From: Phoronis australis
Taxonomy: Eukaryota > Animalia > Phoronida
Direction: 5' to 3'
Assembly (NCBI GenBank): GCA_002633005.1
Contig: NMRA01000053.1
Span: forward strand, 568,131 to 632,130
DNA length: 64,000 nt
How positions within the stretch are numbered: the stretch's first letter is position 1; each line of letters begins with the position of its first letter. The notes beneath the pieces were generated by a model that was not told the DNA's origin, made no database searches, and saw only the letters and a program-made list of their open reading frames with translations. This document shows positions 37,949 to 51,873 of the stretch, piece after piece. The translations under genes were made by a program, and so were the position numbers.

Positions 37949-39207
37949 CTATAAATAATGTACAGTGTAGCTTATTCGATGACACTAGGCAAAAGCAAAT
38001 GCAGCCTGTTTCACAAAAATGTAACCTGTGTACGACTTACGCAAAAGTCGTCTGCTTAGGGTGTAAGGATTCGTGGGTAATTGACCTATCGCCACGATTT
38101 TGAGTGACAGCTTAACTAACCAATCGGAACGCAGCATTATTGACACACCTTCGTTTCCAAGCCGCCATTTTACCCGTCAAACAACACGTCGTCAGGTAAA
38201 ACCTATTGTTTGTCGACTTTAGTCAAGTGGGCGGAGCTTGCAATAGGTCAATTGGTGAAAACTGGTGGTTAACGGGCAAGCGAGAAACTCCTAACTTAAC
38301 GTTCGAATGGAAAAAAGGATACTCCGGTGGACTTTGAGCATTTGCAGGGATCGCCAAATATGCGTCATTTGAAGGGTCCTAAAGCCAGTTGCATGAAACA
38401 GAACCAATAGGTACACAACTATGTGTCCTAAATTTTCAGAGCATTTGTAGGCTTTTTCACTCACTAATGTTATGAATTTCTATTACTTTACCTTTTACCA
38501 CATCTTCCAATAACATTATTTCATTGAAAATAAATGACCAAGTCCTTAAATTAAGTCCGTTGAATGAAACGATCCCCGTTTATTTTGTATAATATCTTAA
38601 TATCCTTAAAAGAATTCGAGATAGTGTTTAATTTCCCTATATATTTCTGAAAGCAAAAACAAGCAAAAATAACAGAAAAAAAGACAACCAGTGCTTTCAC
38701 AAAGTCCACAAATGCACTAAAACTTAGGAAACACAAGAGAGTCATTATTGGAAATGTTCCATGCAACCGAGCACAAAAAGCTTCACATCCCTTCCCGTAT
38801 GAGGTTTACTCGTTTTGGCGAGAGTTGCAAGTTTGGGCTCACGCTCCCGTTTCAACTGTGTGTGAAACACGTGTAGAAGCTATGATACTTCACTGTAAAA
38901 GGACACTGGTCTTTTCAAAGTTTGCTAATTTGAAAATACAAAATTAATGGTGACTTCTGTGATCGGTAGTATCAAATTTGAAGTGTTGAAAATACTAAGT
39001 GGAACGTAACTCTATAAATATAATGAAAAATTAACTAATAATTGAAAACATTGCGTATGCAACTGAGTAGCTCGGATGAGACGTGCAACATCAAAAGCAC
39101 GACATCGAACATCTAGGCCACGTAAAACTTAAGAGAGTAAAATTTGAAATTATCGGGGTAATTCCAAATTTAACTAGAAAAGCTCACAGAAGTGTTCGCA
39201 AACAAAC

Positions 39208-39397
39208 CGTCTGGGTGATGTTTCACAACTGTTCCAGTACCGAGGTGCTCTGAGTTATTTTTGTCGTCTCCGACGTAAACTACACGACTCCCTAACGGAA
39301 GATCTGAATTCAACTCCCTCACGTCTTCGTTTCGGTCTTCACCCTTAGAACCTCCATCCTCATAAGCTATGGCTATCACTACCTTGTAACATTCATC
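39208..39397 (-). CDS. Linker + degenerate MIB/HERC2 repeat 1 start (LPLGSRVVYVG...GTGTVVKH)
   Basis: Acceptor ctattcacag|GAT, donor GAC G|gtttgt, phase 0 to 1. Confidence 0.85.
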
Positions 39398-40225
39398 CTG
39401 TGAATAGAATATTTAATAACGAATGAAGTAACTGGATCGGTTAAGTAATTGTAGCAGTCACGATGCAAGATGGGTTAGGGCGATTGCTCTTTCATTTTGA
39501 AGTTGTATAATGTGTCACACTGAGTTCATGGAAGAAATTTGCAACGAAAAAATGACCCCAACCCCGAATTAGATCTTGAAACATCAGAATCTCATTTTAG
39601 TAGTGCATCTCAAAGAAACGCGGTTTGAGCATCAAAATACATGTATATAATTTGGGAAACAGTGTTCGGTCATTTGTGAATCCAAACAGCACCCCAATGT
39701 CTGCCGCAAGTGGGGTTAGAAATGGCTGCCATGATAAATAAACCATAACAATGGTTATGTTAAATGGAAATCGTTACACCACTAACGGAAACTATGGGCG
39801 AAACTTATAAATTGCAATATAGGCGTTGATAATTAAATACAAAGCTTATGGTGCTTTTTTTGTAGAGATGGTCATGTCAACTTGAATACGTCTTTCAGGC
39901 ATTCATAGTGTACTAATTCTTGACAGAATCTCGAAGCTTTTGGTTCTTCTGTCCAAAATAGTTGACCAGGCAACGCCACACTCCACGCACAAAACACGGA
40001 ATTTGGCCCAGGTAAAACCACATCAGTGAATGCAACCTGCTCTTTTCAGATGCTAATAAAGAGCAGTCTCAGTTCGTGAAATGATTTCTGTAGACCCCAA
40101 TTCCTGGGTTCGTTAAAAATACCTGGTTCACACACTTAATTTGTCCATTCGCAGCACAAATCATGGGTCATGAAAACATGTTATTACAAAGAATGTCTCA
40201 ATGTACAAGCTTCTTTCAAGCTTAC

Positions 40226-40347
40226 GTTTGACTACCCATACATGGAAAGGTGCGTCATTTTGCCATTCATTTCACCCCAGTAGCTAACGACTTTTCGCGT
40301 GGGTCTCCTGTTGAATATTTCTGAGTATGCCAGTGCCTCTGGTCTGA
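40226..40347 (-). CDS. Candidate linker exon (phase 1 to 0) with in-frame TAG near its 3' end
   Basis: Acceptor tctatctctctgctag|, donor AAC|gtaagc. Its 122 nt give exactly the phase needed between 43403 and 39397. Reads VRPEALAYSEIFNRRPTRKVVSYWGEMNGKMTHLSMYG*SN. Confidence 0.45.
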
Positions 40348-40369
40348 CTAGCAGAGAGATAGATTATTA

Positions 40370-41450
40370 AAACATTGATTTCTGGGTTATATCACTGAAT
40401 CTGAATTTTGACATGCTTAAGAGAAATGAAGATAGTGGTCGCCTAAAAAGTCGGACCCCAATCAATGTGCTAAATACACTGGTACCCATTTCAAGAATCG
40501 GCAACCGATTCCGATATTCGCGAAACATTCCTTTAGGAAAAGTCAGTGAAAATTTCCGACGGCCCAAAAATGCGAATTGTTGCCTTTGTGACTGAACATG
40601 ATATTTACGTAAATTGAAGAAGAAGCGGGTGTCTGCTAGCTTGCGTGTGGATGGTTTGATCTGTTCAATATTTCTGAAGACATATTAGCTCCATGTTACA
40701 ATAACTCCTTCTTGTGCTTGTGATGAAGACGTTTGCACCTATTGTCAAGTTACATGGTATCGAATAATGAGATAAATATACACCGCTTCTCCTTGTAAAT
40801 TGGTAGTTTTGGATTTAACCATTTCAGAAGCTCTTCATGGGATTTTAAAGCAACTACAAGCCACCCTTTTGTCGTAGGGAATGAAATTGGAGGTCATTTC
40901 TGAACTTGGAAAGAATTGACAGACAGCTGGTGCTCGAGATCGGACATGGTCTCAAGGAATGAGGTCTCTTTTCTTGCTGAGCCCAGACATCACTATCTCA
41001 TCCAAACTAAGGGCTCTAGCTGAAACCCGTTTTAAAACACTAAATGTCTTAAACTACAGTCAATGTACCGACGGGAGGTGATATTGCACCAGCTTTAAAG
41101 GAAGACGCGCGAGGAATCTCACAGAAAAGGAGCCCAGGGTGGAAAATCAGTCATTCAGTGTAGTTTTACAGACCACTTCTATAAAGTAAAAGCAAAAGAT
41201 ACCGAGAGTCTTAGTTTTGATTGAATGACAGTCTGAGAATCCTTGAAAAATGACAGACACCTAGCCGTTGATAGTAAAATGTTGGCATGGATCATTACCC
41301 ACAACAATCTTACCAGCTCCACAGGATCGTCTACGTCGAGAAGTTTTCTTGATTCTTCTGCATCATTGGTTATCAACCAGTTTTTGAAACTCAACTTGTC
41401 CGGCACCAAGTCAAGGATGTTAGCTTTGTCTGAAGCACAAATTTGTTAAT
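40370..41450 (-). mobile_element. Heavily decayed LINE RT relic
   Basis: Fragmentary RT-like minus-strand peptides (ESRKLLDVD...HANILL...IQSKLR...FPPWAPFL) with many stops. Confidence 0.35.
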
Positions 41451-43402
41451 CATAATGTGTCACAATGCGGTATAGTAACAGTTTTAACCCCTGTTCACAT
41501 ACTCGGATAAATCTGCATTGACTTTGTACGCGACAATCGGGTTGTGTTGAGACAGTAGCGCAAAACTTGCAGACGACGTTTGCTGACTGAACAAACGTTG
41601 GACCGGTATCGACCATGTTGCACTACAACCTACAGGTGGTATATGACTTAAAGGCGAAGGCAACCCAGTACGCAGCAACAGCGTGGCATGCTGACTGACT
41701 CGTAAGCAAAAGCAAACGACGACCGAACTTATCACAACCGAGGTAGAACAATGACTGACTCGACTGCTCTCACAGTCAGACTATATGAAAAGAAATTGGC
41801 GCGAAATTCTTGCCTCCCAAAACGTCACTTCCGGAGTAGACGACGAGTAATTAATTAAGTTACGAAAAGCAGTAAATAAGTGAAAAATATGTCTGGGATA
41901 ATCAACGAACCTTATTTTTGCTAAAAATGGCATGAAAAAAGGTTGCCTTTGCCTTTAAAGCTGGAAAAGTCGTGTCGGTCTACTACTCTACCTACTTGGC
42001 CTATTTGAGCAACACTCGATTTTTAAGCCACATATGCAAAATCGAGTGTGTAGACAGGGTGAATGAGGAAGTGGTGGAATAACATTAAAGTCATTCATTA
42101 AAAAATGATTACAGTTAAACCTTTTAAAGCCAAATACTAGTCTTGAACTGATTGTTAATAAACGCTGCGTCGACTAGTGGAGGGTCTCAATCACAACTAT
42201 AAACTGATAATCAGTTGAAAGCATTTCATGGGTTCAAAACACAATTTTATTAATCATTTGACTGTTTAGCAAACGGTTCCCAGAGACCCCATTTATGTCA
42301 AATGTACGTTTATTGAAAATCCAGCAGATAAAAATAACTAAAAAGGACAGTAAAATTGTCCATCCCATTAACATATATCATCACCACATTAATTGCTGAA
42401 ATAAAACAATGTCGTGGAAAATCCGCAAACCATCAAAAGTTAAGGAGTTTGAAAACTTCTTAAAGAGGGGTTAAATGGGCCAAATGACTTTGAGCATGAC
42501 AAATTTATGCATTATTTGTCAACTCAAGCGTGTCATGTCTTCTTTTATTGCTGAAATTAACTAATTACGTTAATTACTACCACACAATCCCACCAGGAGC
42601 CCCATTTAATGCCGAAAAATTAGGTGGGGCTCGTACTAATCGAAGCAAATTACGTCATCTTTGTGACACGAGACGTGCAGGCCTTTGACACAAGAAAACT
42701 CACAACACGATGACGGGTGCACATTTCAAATGGCAGAATTTCAAAACTACGTCCATCAGAGACAATTTTTTTATTTATATACATTAACACAGATCTTGCT
42801 ACTTAAAACGGGCATAGAACATCCGACGGAGTCACAGTGCCCCAGTAGCGTGGCGTTGACAAAGTCAGTGGTGAGATCCCGGTGGGGGCCACTCGGACGT
42901 ACTCAAAATAACATCAAAGACTTATTCTCTACTTAAGACATCGGGCTCAAGGGACTAAAAATGGACTGTTGTTCAAATAGCCCTTGTGGGCAGAGTAAAG
43001 TAATTGATTGTTTACTGTCCCAACCGGGTTCAGTTGTTCACGCTATGGCTAGTCTAGAAGTGTGCTGTCTCACAAGATGGTGTGATGGAGGCGAGGGGGG
43101 TTACCGATGGGGGACAAAATGTGTTGTAATTAATTAGTGGTTTAGTGGAATAAAACGAAACAAAGATATGATGCACAAATGTACATGTATTTAACATCCC
43201 TAAAGGCACTTGTCTCATTTTATCCCCACTTTAATTAGCAAACGTGAGCAAATTAATTGACTGTTGGGGTGAAATACCACCAACATTGAAATACGTATTC
43301 CTTGTGGTTTAATGGAAGGACAGTGACTCAGATGAAAAATGAGTTTATTACGCAGAAATTCACAAGAAACATCAAGAAATAATAAAAAACTTTTACACCT
43401 AC

Positions 43403-43535
43403 CTCTAAATGGTCTCGTAAATCGACTGGCATAATAATTCCATCTGTAGTAACCACTGATTTGTTTGAGTGCATCAACGTCATTGTATCGTGCGTACACT
43501 CCGTTACCATTTTGTGCCAGTGACTTCAGAAACGA
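43403..43535 (-). CDS. vWA C-terminal exon (SFLKSLAQNGNGVYARY...)
   Basis: Acceptor ttttattttaag|TCG, donor AGA G|gtaggt; L..LA..G.G.Y vWA terminal motif. Confidence 0.88.
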
Positions 43536-44577
43536 CTTAAAATAAAACGTTAAATAAATAATAATCCGGTCAGTTTATGACCAACAACAATCCGATTCAC
43601 AATGAATTGAGACAAACAATTTTACAATAATTTTATCATATGATGGTTATATGTTAAACTCTACTAAAAGTTGACCACCGGAAAGATGCTAAACCTGTGT
43701 AATTTTTAAAATGACTGCCACAGCTTCTAGAAACCACTAAGCAGCTGTAACTCATGAAATAATTGTGAAAAAACCTGATAGAAAGATTGTAGTGTTGAAG
43801 AACGCGTAACCCATTTGTAACGCTAAAAATCAGACCACAGCACAGGTCCAATCTTCTTACCCGAAATCAAACTCTAAGTTATTTTAGGCATATTTTTCTA
43901 CTTTTCTCAAGATATGTGTCTATTATTGCGTGCCCCGTGCACATTATACATAGGTGTTTTTAGTCCAAATTTGCACTTCATGACCTTTACAGCAACAAAC
44001 TCGAGTGAAAACTCAAAATTCCGAGTTCAAACTCGTAGGCCATAGTCCCAGCTTACCTATCTTTCACGCCCTTATCTATTTCAAAGTGTCAACAAGAACT
44101 TTGGATCATGCTTTTCCAGATGTTCAAACGTCATTTTCAGCTAAGTTACCAATAATACACTGGCACGTTTAGCACAAATATTAATTTCAAAGTTGGAAAA
44201 AAAATCAAATATTTTGCTAGACACTAGGTGTCAGTGCAGAATGATCAGAAGAGCCAATGAAACCACAGGAGAGTATTGTGTCAGTGTCATTTCTACTATG
44301 TCTGCTCCCTGAACCACTGTGCTTCTTGAACCAAACACGAGTTTTGTGCCAACTGTGACACTGATGAGAAGATGAATTACTGTACGAGTGTATGAATTAT
44401 TAACACAGCAATAGACTGTCAGGAGTTCTGCCCGCTGCTTCATTCATATCTAGGAAATTACTCACAATCCTGAGCTTCTTAGTTCCATTTATGAATTGTT
44501 TACAACCCAGATATAATGCTTTGCGATTTCTGTTTTTTGTCAATATTTCTTTGTATGTTCTGTGTATTCTTCAATAA

Positions 44578-44578
<1 letters not shown>

Positions 44579-44641
<63 letters not shown>
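44579..44641. repeat. (GT)n(AT)n microsatellite
   Basis: Perfect compound dinucleotide run. Confidence 0.95.
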
Positions 44642-46589
44642 CACTTTAATCCTGAGCTTCTGGAACTTACAGACATGGCCGGAAATCTGAGTCAACTAAG
44701 GCTACTGATTTTGAAAACAAATGGATCCCTGAGTGTAAGGAAATTTTCATTTCTGAAAAGTTTTATTTTTGTGACAAAATAGAACTAATCTATCACAAAC
44801 AGTCAGTGTTCATTGGTGTCACGAAAATTGAAAGACCTTAAACAAGGAAGAAAGAGCGAGCTTATCGAAGAATTACTGAATTAACGCTGAGTCCTGTACT
44901 ACTAGTAGTAGAAAACCAAGGAAGTTGCCAGTTCCATTGAACAGTGCTCAAAGAAAGAGGCCTATGCTGCACCATTTGTCAGAAAACGATGGTGGTCACA
45001 ACTTACAAGCAACCACACAAATACAAGCCAAAAGGAAATATGAAAACGTTTCCAAATTTGAAACATTACCTGGTCCTCATTTTGGAAATTTGCACTGAAG
45101 TGGCAGTTCCAAACTCAAAGGCACTGGCGGCAGATTTTACTAATGTGTAAGTGATCAGTATTGTTTTTTTTCTGAACTCCCATGTAGGGGGCGCAGCTTT
45201 CGAGCCCCAAAATTCAATTTCTTGCTCATGTCATTTTAATAAGAATAAGTCATTTTAAATAATAAGTTGTTCTTCAATTTTAGCTCAGATTTTTGAGTAC
45301 CAAATTTTGTAGGCTGTCATGAATTGGAGATTTTTTAGTGTAGACTGGAAGATGTTTATTCTTCCAGCTACCCACCTTATAACAGGGGATGCGTCGAAAT
45401 GCTACAGTAAACGTTTTCCAATTTCACACAAACACTATTTCCAAAACGACGCCGAACCCTTTGTATGCAAGCTCTACGGTGACTCATCACCTACAGTTAA
45501 GAAGCATGTTACCACATATTCAGGTTGAAATCAGTGATGGAATCACCTTTACCTCCTAATCAGGATTATTTGCTGTTACGTGCCAAACCAGCAAACGGGA
45601 TGGCTGTTGGAACACAACACGGTAATATGAAATTTCTGACTCTGCCATTAACCCCAGAACAAGTCATGAAAAATAAATTGCAAATATAAATGTAAAAATG
45701 TGACTGGTGCGAAAATGTGCTTTTGTTTGAAGTCAGGCATACCGTGTTCCTAGCTGTGTGACTGTCGGAGTGAATAACACGGTTTCTTAAAACAAATTTG
45801 TTCACGATAGTGATGATGTTGATGAAGCCACTTGGGAAGTGTACGCTATGTTGTTAAAAATTTAAAAACTGTAACATTATGGAAACATTGACAACATTCT
45901 GTCGTGCTCACTGTTTGTTCACTGTGACTGTGAAAACTGTATTCAGTGTCTGTTCTACGAGCTTGTTGAGAATGAGCGATGTGGATTATGAGAATTATGA
46001 CAACATTACAATGGAAGTGGTGATGGTTAATTCAATGAAGAAGCATTAGAAATTTTAAGTTATCCATATTTCGATTTAGATATCACATCTTCGTCTTGTT
46101 CCAAATGGTTTAAATGTTGCTCTTTTGATATGAGCTCAGAATACAATAGTGTTTTGGGCCAACAGGAGTCGTGGCTGAAATATTTTTTTCTTTTTAACAC
46201 TTGTTCTGAGTAACTTTATAATACTGATGATTTTTCTTGCCTAGTAACTTCAAATGAACAAAACCAAATCATTTAAAACTAAAGCACATTTAGTTAATTG
46301 TCTTCCGTTCTGTCAAGGATGTTAAAGCGGCTGTAAACACACAATCCGTCCCTTAGACTAATTAGTATCAATCAATCTGCTCCTTACACAGATGTGGATC
46401 TAAGAATTTGAGGTAGAGTGTGCCAATATCAATGATCTGTGTTTGTACGTAACTTCATCAAGCAACAGAGTTTTCTGACGACACGTGTTTAAGGTAAACG
46501 TCTACCCTCATCCCCAGTTATCTCATTTCTTCAATATAGCTTTTCAAATCTTAATTTTTAACTTGGCCACAGTCACATCATTTACAAGT

Positions 46590-48140
46590 CGAATGAACAG
46601 TGAACTGTAAAATGGAACATTATCAATGCTCAAAACACCACAATAGCGACGAGATCGGGATTGCACCTTTACCTGAGGATCCTATCAAACCAGGTAATGC
46701 GTGGGAAAAGTGGCTTGGAAGTATGGAGTATCCAAATCACAAAACCTCAAGACGAAAAGGAAACTATCCTCACCACCCAAACTTCCCGTGTCCGGCAAAG
46801 GGTAAAACTTGTGGCATCTGTGGCAGGTTAAATAATTTTATTCACAAGTGCAGAAGTAATCCTCCAAACCAAATATGCTCAATCTCTAGAAATCGACAAC
46901 CCTGACCGTTACTCGGAGTCACGCGATGACTACTTGTTCGCAATGTCAAGCAAAGCTGCAGACCCACCGCTCTTTGACGTGTGTATTAACGACGTTACCC
47001 TGACCATTACGGCATATTCCGGTGCATCTACCAATGTTTTGAATAGAGTCGATTACCTCCAGCTGATCGGCCCTCCTGACCCATTACCTCACAAAACCAT
47101 AATGCTTATCCCTATGTGCCAGTCAAACCTCTTACCGGCCTTTGGCGGGGGTTATGTAAGTGTGAACCAGTCATAGTCCGTGTAGACCTAGTTCTGAAAC
47201 CAGTCATGCAACCACATCACAAAATCCCATTTCATTTTCGCTAGAAAGTAGAAGATAAGTTCAATGAACTTGGCGATTCTGACATCATCAAGAAAGCAGA
47301 AGGTCCAACGACATGGACCTCACCAATCGTTATTGTACCCCAAGCCAATAACTCCGACGAGCATGTGAAGAATGTGTAGACATGCGAGCTGTCAACAAAG
47401 CCATCATCAGAGAACGCCACACAATCCCCACAATTTACGACGTTTTAGCTGACCTGAATGGGTGCAAGATATTCAGCAAAATTGCCTTTCTCCAAGTTGA
47501 CCACCAGATTTTGCTTCACCCTGACTCTAGACACATTACAATATTTTTCACACATAAACACAGACCCGTGGCGATACAAGCGACTAAACTTTGGAATGTC
47601 CAGGTCAGCGGAAATTTTCCAAACGATCGATATCGAGACCAGAGCAAATACCCCTGGCATAAGAAACATCAGTGATGACATCAATGTAAGTGGCAGGAAC
47701 CTCGAAGAATATGAAAAACGCCAGTGAGTTGTTTTAACTCGTCTTCCAGGGAAGTACATCCTAATCAATCCAACCAAATATGAGTTTCGCACAAAGTTCA
47801 TGTTATTCTTTGGACATACGATCTCTTCAGACGGACTTTTCCCAGATCCGAAGAAAGTAAACGAGTTTGAGTCACTTGAATCCCCAGCCAATGTATCTGA
47901 TGTGAGAAGTCTGTTGATTTCTACGGCGTTCTGAGCCAGGTATATCAAGAATTTTGCCATTGTCACCCGACCACTCAGACTACTCACTCACCAAACCCAA
48001 TCATGGGAATGGGGAGACAGTGAGGCAAATGCTTTTAATGACTTGAAACATGCATTACCAGAAAGCACCACGCTGGTCTAATTTGACCCCAATAAGGAGA
48101 TAGTCATCTTGACAGATGGAAGCCCAATTATCATGGAAAT
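46590..48140 (+). mobile_element. Decayed Ty3/Gypsy (Mag-like) LTR retrotransposon gag-pol relic
   Basis: Ordered motifs: zinc knuckle CPAKGKTCGICGRLNNF..C; protease-like (D>Y)SGASTN; RT MRAVNKAIIRERH.IPTI.D, RYKRLNFG, NISDDI; RNase H LTDGSP. Many frameshifts and stops; integrase absent. Confidence 0.88.
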
Positions 48141-49351
48141 AATCCTATTTCCCAGTGTACCCTGTCACTTGTGTAGTCTTCTGTTTCGTCTTAGAAGTTA
48201 AGAGACCATTCAACTGATGTTTTCTAAAAATTTTGAAGTAACAGACTTCGTCATCTGTTAGAAGATTTTACTTAGTTCGCTAAACTGCAAACAGGATTGA
48301 CGAAACACAGTTGTCGAAACTGAATCGAGGAAACACGATTCAGTTGACGACACTGAAATGCCGACAATGCATCAACGTAACGCAGTTGACGTGACAGAAC
48401 GGAATCGACTGAACTGGTTTGACTAGGCCAAATGCCAAAGACGAAACAGGACTTTACAAAACACGATTGAATTGACGAAGTAGCATTATGTTTGCGATTT
48501 ATGATAAAATTGATAACATGAGGTTGGTGAGTTGACATCGTAATCACGAAATGGCATAAACTAGAAAAAATGAAACCATTGAGTTGTCGTCTGATTCACG
48601 AAATAGCATTGGATTTGCAGCATCATAAGACTGAGTATGTTTTCTTGAATTGAATGTTCGATAGTAGCAATTTGTGCCTTTTGGGCTCCCCATAAAAAAT
48701 CAACAAATACTGAGAATTTTGGGTGAGACCTTTGCAAAGCTTTTCCCCTAAGCAATTGAATGTGTCCAACAATTGCACTTGCAGTGGACTAGCATAAGCA
48801 TGTAGTGACCTTTGCATTTATGTCTCAATTATTGAAACTGTTTTTGTGATTTTGAAGAGTCGTGACAGTCGTCTTATTCAATTGCATTAATATCAAGATA
48901 CGGGGCTACAAATCAAACTGTTGTCAAATTGTCAGTTTAACAATCTGTGCAGACTTTCAATGGATAACCTGTACCAAACTATTTGCAGTAAGCCAAACCA
49001 TTTGCGCGAGTGACGACTTGCACAAATTGTTGCGTTTCAAATTTAGGATAAACTAGAACGTTGAATTAATTCTTCAGTCAATACGAAGACTGCCCTGCCT
49101 ACTTCATCCGAACAAAGTCTAAAGTTACAATAAAATTGCAGTTTAAGATCAATTGCAGAGATATAGGAAATATATATTATGATGGTGAGCTGTTGTTTCC
49201 CATATCTAAACCACGAGTGGGATTTGAATGGTTTATTACCTCCGTGAGCAATAAATCCTCCAGATCTCACAATAGGTCTTAGTAAGAAAAATTGAGGTCG
49301 AAAACACTAACGATAATCCATTTGAACTAATGTTTCTCATACAAATTTTAC

Positions 49352-49462
49352 CTGTTCGTAGTCAGCTCCACACGCCACGATGTCTATTCGCATTTTGACA
49401 ACGCCATGATGGTCAGATTTCTTAGCAAACACGCATACTGCGCTCATTACTCGCATCCGCGC
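49352..49462 (-). CDS. vWA exon (ARMRVMSAV...MRIDIVACGADYEQ)
   Basis: Acceptor catcttccacgcag|, donor CAG|gtaaa, 111 nt, phase 0-0. Confidence 0.85.
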
Positions 49463-49984
49463 CTGCGTGGAAGATGAAAAATAACACTTAAAATAGGGAG
49501 CGATATCACGTTACCGTTCATTACTTCATTATCTAATACGCAAAACAAAAAGTACAAATTGTTCGTAATCGGTGTCCTTAGTTTGAATTTTGAGTTAATC
49601 GCCATTATTCGTGTGTTTTGATTACATTAATTGTAAAAATCAGATTTGTCACTCGTCTTCGTTATCAGTCAAGGCTTTTGTTTTAAATTCTGATCGTCAG
49701 TGATTTCCATCAACCTTTGAGCAACAATTGTTCAAATTCAGAAATGCTCTTCAAGATGTGACTCTTCAAATGAAGGTACATTTTCATTTTTCTATTGTGA
49801 AAACGTCCTAATTTCATAAAAAAATGAACTTCAAAATCTTTCCCTGAGCCTAAGGAAAGCCGCCATCTTGGAGAAACCATATAGCCTAATATACATGTAC
49901 ACCTCAAATGTGTAACCTCGAACACTTGATACCTTTCTCTTGATTACCACAGTACTGCATTCGTCTGCACCTTCTCTACCTGAC

Positions 49985-50020
49985 CTGCACAGTCCTACTG
50001 GCTGAGTGAAAGTCACGTGT
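49985..50020 (-). CDS. Candidate 36-nt vWA loop exon (TRDFHSASRTVQ)
   Basis: aattctgaaag|...CAG|gtcagg, phase 0-0, open; optional for frame. Confidence 0.45.
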
Positions 50021-50330
50021 CTTTCAGAATTAGCAGCAATGTAATGATGAAATTGAAAATGACTGCCAAATCCGTGTTCCCGTCAGATCTTTGCACATCA
50101 TTATCTAGCTAGAAAGCGTGGAATGTACTTTTACTATAATTTCTATCTGCTGTATGCCCCTCCTACATGTATGAAAGTAATGACACAGGAAGGAGTACGC
50201 ATACGATCGTGCTTGGTGTAGAATACTTAAGATTTTGGAGTTAAAATTATTCTAAAAATCAGAATTTTTTTTAGGTGTAAAACCCACCTGCATTTGAACA
50301 CATAAAGAGGACAAGTTTAGAAAAACGTAC

Positions 50331-50443
50331 GCTTTGCGACTTTGATCTGTCGTCGGTGACGACGTCATCATTATGAGGGTATCCATCACTAAAGACCACT
50401 ATGCGGGATGGCACTCTTCGGCCGCACAATACAAGCTTTCCAC
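50331..50443 (-). CDS. vWA exon with MIDAS Asp (PSRIVVFSDGYP)
   Basis: Acceptor gcgttttag|GT, donor AGC|gtacgt, phase 1 to 0. Confidence 0.9.
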
Positions 50444-51873
50444 CTAAAACGCAGGAATCTACGTTACAATTCAAACGCTGAATGGACAGTTAGGCTGCTA
50501 ACATCATGCATGAATGAATGAATGAATGAATGAATTTATATCAGATTTTCAGTTCTTATGTATCGTTGCAGTACGCCCATCCTGGAATGAAATCTCTTTT
50601 TTGTTGAGGTAGAAAAAAACATCCCATATCTAACCTACTTTTCCAATAATCAGACACCCATTTTGTCAGTATCTTGGTGTCAGCATTGCAACTCAACATT
50701 TACGCGTCCGAAATAAGGCAAGTACCGTCCAATCCTTACCACATTTTATGGTGATTTAACACAAGATTCGGTATTTAGTGAAGTACAGTAATAATCTAAC
50801 AATGCCACAAAGAAACGCAAGTCAGTCAGATCAAACAAGCAATGTCTTCCGTGATGTTCTACTTAGTCAACTACGGTTATTGGCGGATATGAAGGCGTAG
50901 CCGAAGTCAAATTCAGTTTCTTTGATAATAACATTCGTCACGTTTCATAAACAACTATCAACGAACTTGGTAGATATTGAGACATTTGCAAAATTCGCAA
51001 AAGACATAATTGTCAGTATAGGACCATGAGACAAAATTGTCACTATAGGACCACGAGACAACTACTACGCTAACAGTGGGGGGGGGGGGNNNGGGGGGGG
51101 GGGGAGTTGTTACCTCAACGCCTAAGAGAACAAAAGTCAGACTGTGACTAACCAGTCCTAATCTATTACCCAATTAACGCGCGTGGCTTATCCGCGCTGT
51201 TACAATGTCAGAATAAATATTGATTAAGTAATTAGTAAGAATAGATCTATTTTAAGTTGCCTGAAATTTGTGCATATGTACTTTTAAATCATGGGGTCAG
51301 ACTTGTTGACATGTACTTTAACGTCATAATCTATTTTTAGATGGTGTTTACAACTTTGGGTTCTGGGGTCAAAGTACTCTAGAGATTCTAGAAAATTCTG
51401 AGAACAAATTGTAACAACCAATAATGTGATTGGATATGATCATGTGGTTTTTATTATATTATGGGCTGAAATCAACAAGATAATTAGATGCGCTATAGTA
51501 GTTGAAGCATAAAGACTTGCTACGGTGTACAGAAACAATTGTACGACAGAGCCATCTCGTGGAAGATTCTAGAAAGGATCTTGGCAAGGGCAAGGGTTAA
51601 CGAACAGGAAGTTAACTAAGAGCTTGTCACTACCTGAAGTGTTGCGTCAACAGCAAGAGACTGTGACCAGCAAGAAGAATCGCGGGTAGAAGAAATTGCT
51701 TGCAAGTGTTGCATCACCAGAGACGGTGACCAACAAGTACACTGTCGCTATACAGTGTGTGTGTAGTTCGAAGATTCACCAACAGGACAGTAATCCAACA
51801 AGTGGAGAGTCATAGCTTGGATATCAGATAAGACATTTGATTGTTTTGGTTGTTTTATTAAAGTAATCTTTAA

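Noticed and set aside
47445-47987. 180-aa minus-strand ORF
   Set aside because: Antisense shadow of the Gypsy RT relic.
49043-49130. Possible vWA exon (LCSDEVGRAVFVLTEE)
   Set aside because: Wrong phase for the 49352 donor; the vWA C-terminus is supplied convincingly by 43403-43535.
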